Part shown: piece after piece, positions 1 through 5,027 of the stretch
Layout of the letters: the number at the start of each line of letters is the position of its first letter
How positions within the stretch are numbered: the stretch's first letter is position 1
From: Candidatus Iainarchaeum sp.
GTDB lineage: Archaea > Iainarchaeota > Iainarchaeia > Iainarchaeales > 0-14-0-20-30-16
Length of the DNA: 5,027 bases
Direction: 5' to 3'
Assembly: GCA_903916665.1 (NCBI GenBank)
Contig: CAIWXP010000002.1
Coordinates: forward strand, 1-5,027
Translations under genes and position numbers: made by a program
Notes under the pieces: model-generated
The model's database searches: none
What the model was told of the DNA's origin: nothing
The model's input: the letters and a program-made list of their open reading frames with translations, nothing else

Positions 1-21
1 AGACGTGTGCTCTTCCGATCT
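1..21. other. Illumina TruSeq adapter remnant (non-biological sequence at the contig edge)
   Basis: AGACGTGTGCTCTTCCGATCT at 1-21 is the exact reverse complement of the standard TruSeq adapter AGATCGGAAGAGCACACGTCT. Its GC-rich composition changes abruptly to AT-rich genomic sequence at base 22. Confidence 0.9.
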
Positions 22-22
22 A

Positions 23-38
23 TATTATATATATAATA
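23..38. repeat. 16-nt perfect AT-only palindrome TATTATATATATAATA. Function unknown. It contains TATAAT at 32-37, so it could be a -10 or TATA-like promoter element for gyrA.
   Basis: TATTATAT (23-30) is the exact reverse complement of ATATAATA (31-38). TATAAT at 32-37 matches the sigma70 -10 consensus. Any -35 would fall in the adapter or truncated region, and such strings are common in AT-rich DNA. Confidence 0.4.
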
Positions 39-73
39 GAAATCAATATCTAACTATTATACAAACAGGATAC

Positions 74-103
74 AAAAAAACAACCTAAATTGGACTGTTT
101 TTT
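74..103 (+). terminator. A-tract / weak hairpin / T-tract element in the gyrA leader. It may be a (bidirectional) intrinsic terminator of an off-window upstream gene, or a leader structure.
   Basis: AAAAAACA at 75-82 can pair with TGTTTTTT at 96-103. Inner CC (84-85) can pair with GG (92-93) around a TAAATT loop. The T6 run at 98-103 is followed by a second T6 run at 108-113. The core stem is short and GC-poor. Confidence 0.3.
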
Positions 104-120
104 ACACTTTTTTGCTTTAA

Positions 121-127
121 AGAGGGG
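121..127 (+). promoter_or_regulatory. Shine-Dalgarno-like site for gyrA
   Basis: AGAGGGG at 121-127 has its GAGG core 7 nt upstream of the TTG at 133. Confidence 0.7.
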
Positions 128-132
128 ATAAC

Positions 133-4582
<4,450 letters not shown>

Positions 4583-4594
4583 GCCTTCGACAAT

Positions 4595-4638
4595 AATTGG
4601 ATATATTAAGACAATTATCCAATTCCTTTTTATTTTTT
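4595..4638 (+). terminator. Candidate intrinsic terminator of the gyrA-gyrB operon
   Basis: AATTGGATA (4595-4603) pairs with TATCCAATT (4616-4624) to give a 9-bp stem with a 12-nt loop. It is followed after CC by TTTTTATTTTTT (4627-4638) and starts 13 nt after the gyrB stop. The stem has only 2 G:C pairs, and an alternative 7-bp pairing exists (4593-4599 with 4612-4618), so it is weak. Confidence 0.45.
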
Positions 4639-4655
4639 ATTATTTTATTATTACT

Positions 4656-5027
4656 ATGATTAAAGCAATAACCTTCGATTTGTGGGGCACTATTTTAGAT
4701 AATGAAATGCGTTATAATAAATATCACACTGAATTAAGCGATTATATTATTGATAAATTTGGAATAAGATATTATCAAAACATGTATGTTGAAACCATGG
4801 ATAAAAAACAATTTTTAGACGACATTAAAATAATGTTTGGTGCAAATGATGCAAAATATGCAGATAATCTAATTAAAAAACAGGATAAAATCTTTAAAGT
4901 CTATGAAGATGTAAAATATATTTTTAAATTACAAAGAAAATACAAAATTAAAATAGGTATAATTAGTAATGCTTCTTTTAGAACTCATGAATTAATAAAA
5001 AATTGGAAAGACCTAAAAAAATTTGAT
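4656..5027 (+). CDS. HAD-superfamily hydrolase, subfamily IA-like (haloacid-dehalogenase-like). It is 5'-partial, with 124 codons open to the window end.
   Basis: I translated this by hand: ATG 4656, MIKAITFDLWGTILDNE...KIKIGIISNASFRTHELIKNWKDLKKFD, with no stop through 5027. Motif I (hhhhD-x-x-G-T) is ITFDLWGT, with Asp8 at 4677-4679. Motif II (hhhS/T-N) is GIISNAS, with Ser104 at 4965-4967. The roughly 90-aa spacing is consistent with a helical cap insert between motifs I and II. There is no obvious SD upstream, only a T-rich tract. Confidence 0.7.
   Translation, partial: MIKAITFDLWGTILDNEMRYNKYHTELSDYIIDKFGIRYYQNMYVETMDKKQFLDDIKIMFGANDAKYADNLIKKQDKIFKVYEDVKYIFKLQRKYKIKIGIISNASFRTHELIKNWKDLKKFD

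Noticed and set aside
4593-4624. DnaA-box-like TTATCCA cores in both arms of the post-gyrB inverted repeat, hinting at an oriC-proximal element
   Set aside because: The best match, TTATCCAAT, misses the conserved final CA of TTATCCACA, and the other arm has an additional mismatch. There are only two copies with no cluster or AT-rich unwinding repeats beyond background. A terminator hairpin explains the repeat more simply.

Overview
This is a strongly AT-rich prokaryotic window that uses the standard bacterial/archaeal code: every Trp codon I read is TGG, and gyrA stops at TGA. It is almost entirely housekeeping. It holds a complete DNA gyrase operon in the atypical order gyrA (133-2679, forced TTG start) then gyrB (best start 2672, end 4582), joined by an 8-nt ATGAGTGA start/stop overlap. 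A weak hairpin plus T-tract terminator follows, and then the 5' part of a HAD-superfamily hydrolase gene (4656 to the window end, not in the ORF track because it is open-ended). Bases 1-21 exactly match an Illumina TruSeq adapter, so the left edge is a sequencing or assembly artefact and the contig is probably from a (meta)genome assembly. I cannot assign the lineage from sequence alone. I found no defence system, mobile element, CRISPR array, RNA gene or other candidate new system, and I will not invent one. The points worth a second look are: (1) the A-before-B gene order with translational coupling; (2) Leu at the GyrA Ser83-equivalent quinolone position; (3) Lys at the GyrB Arg136-equivalent aminocoumarin position; (4) a degenerate GyrA box; (5) a three-cysteine acidic GyrA tail; (6) a HAD motif I lacking the second Asp.
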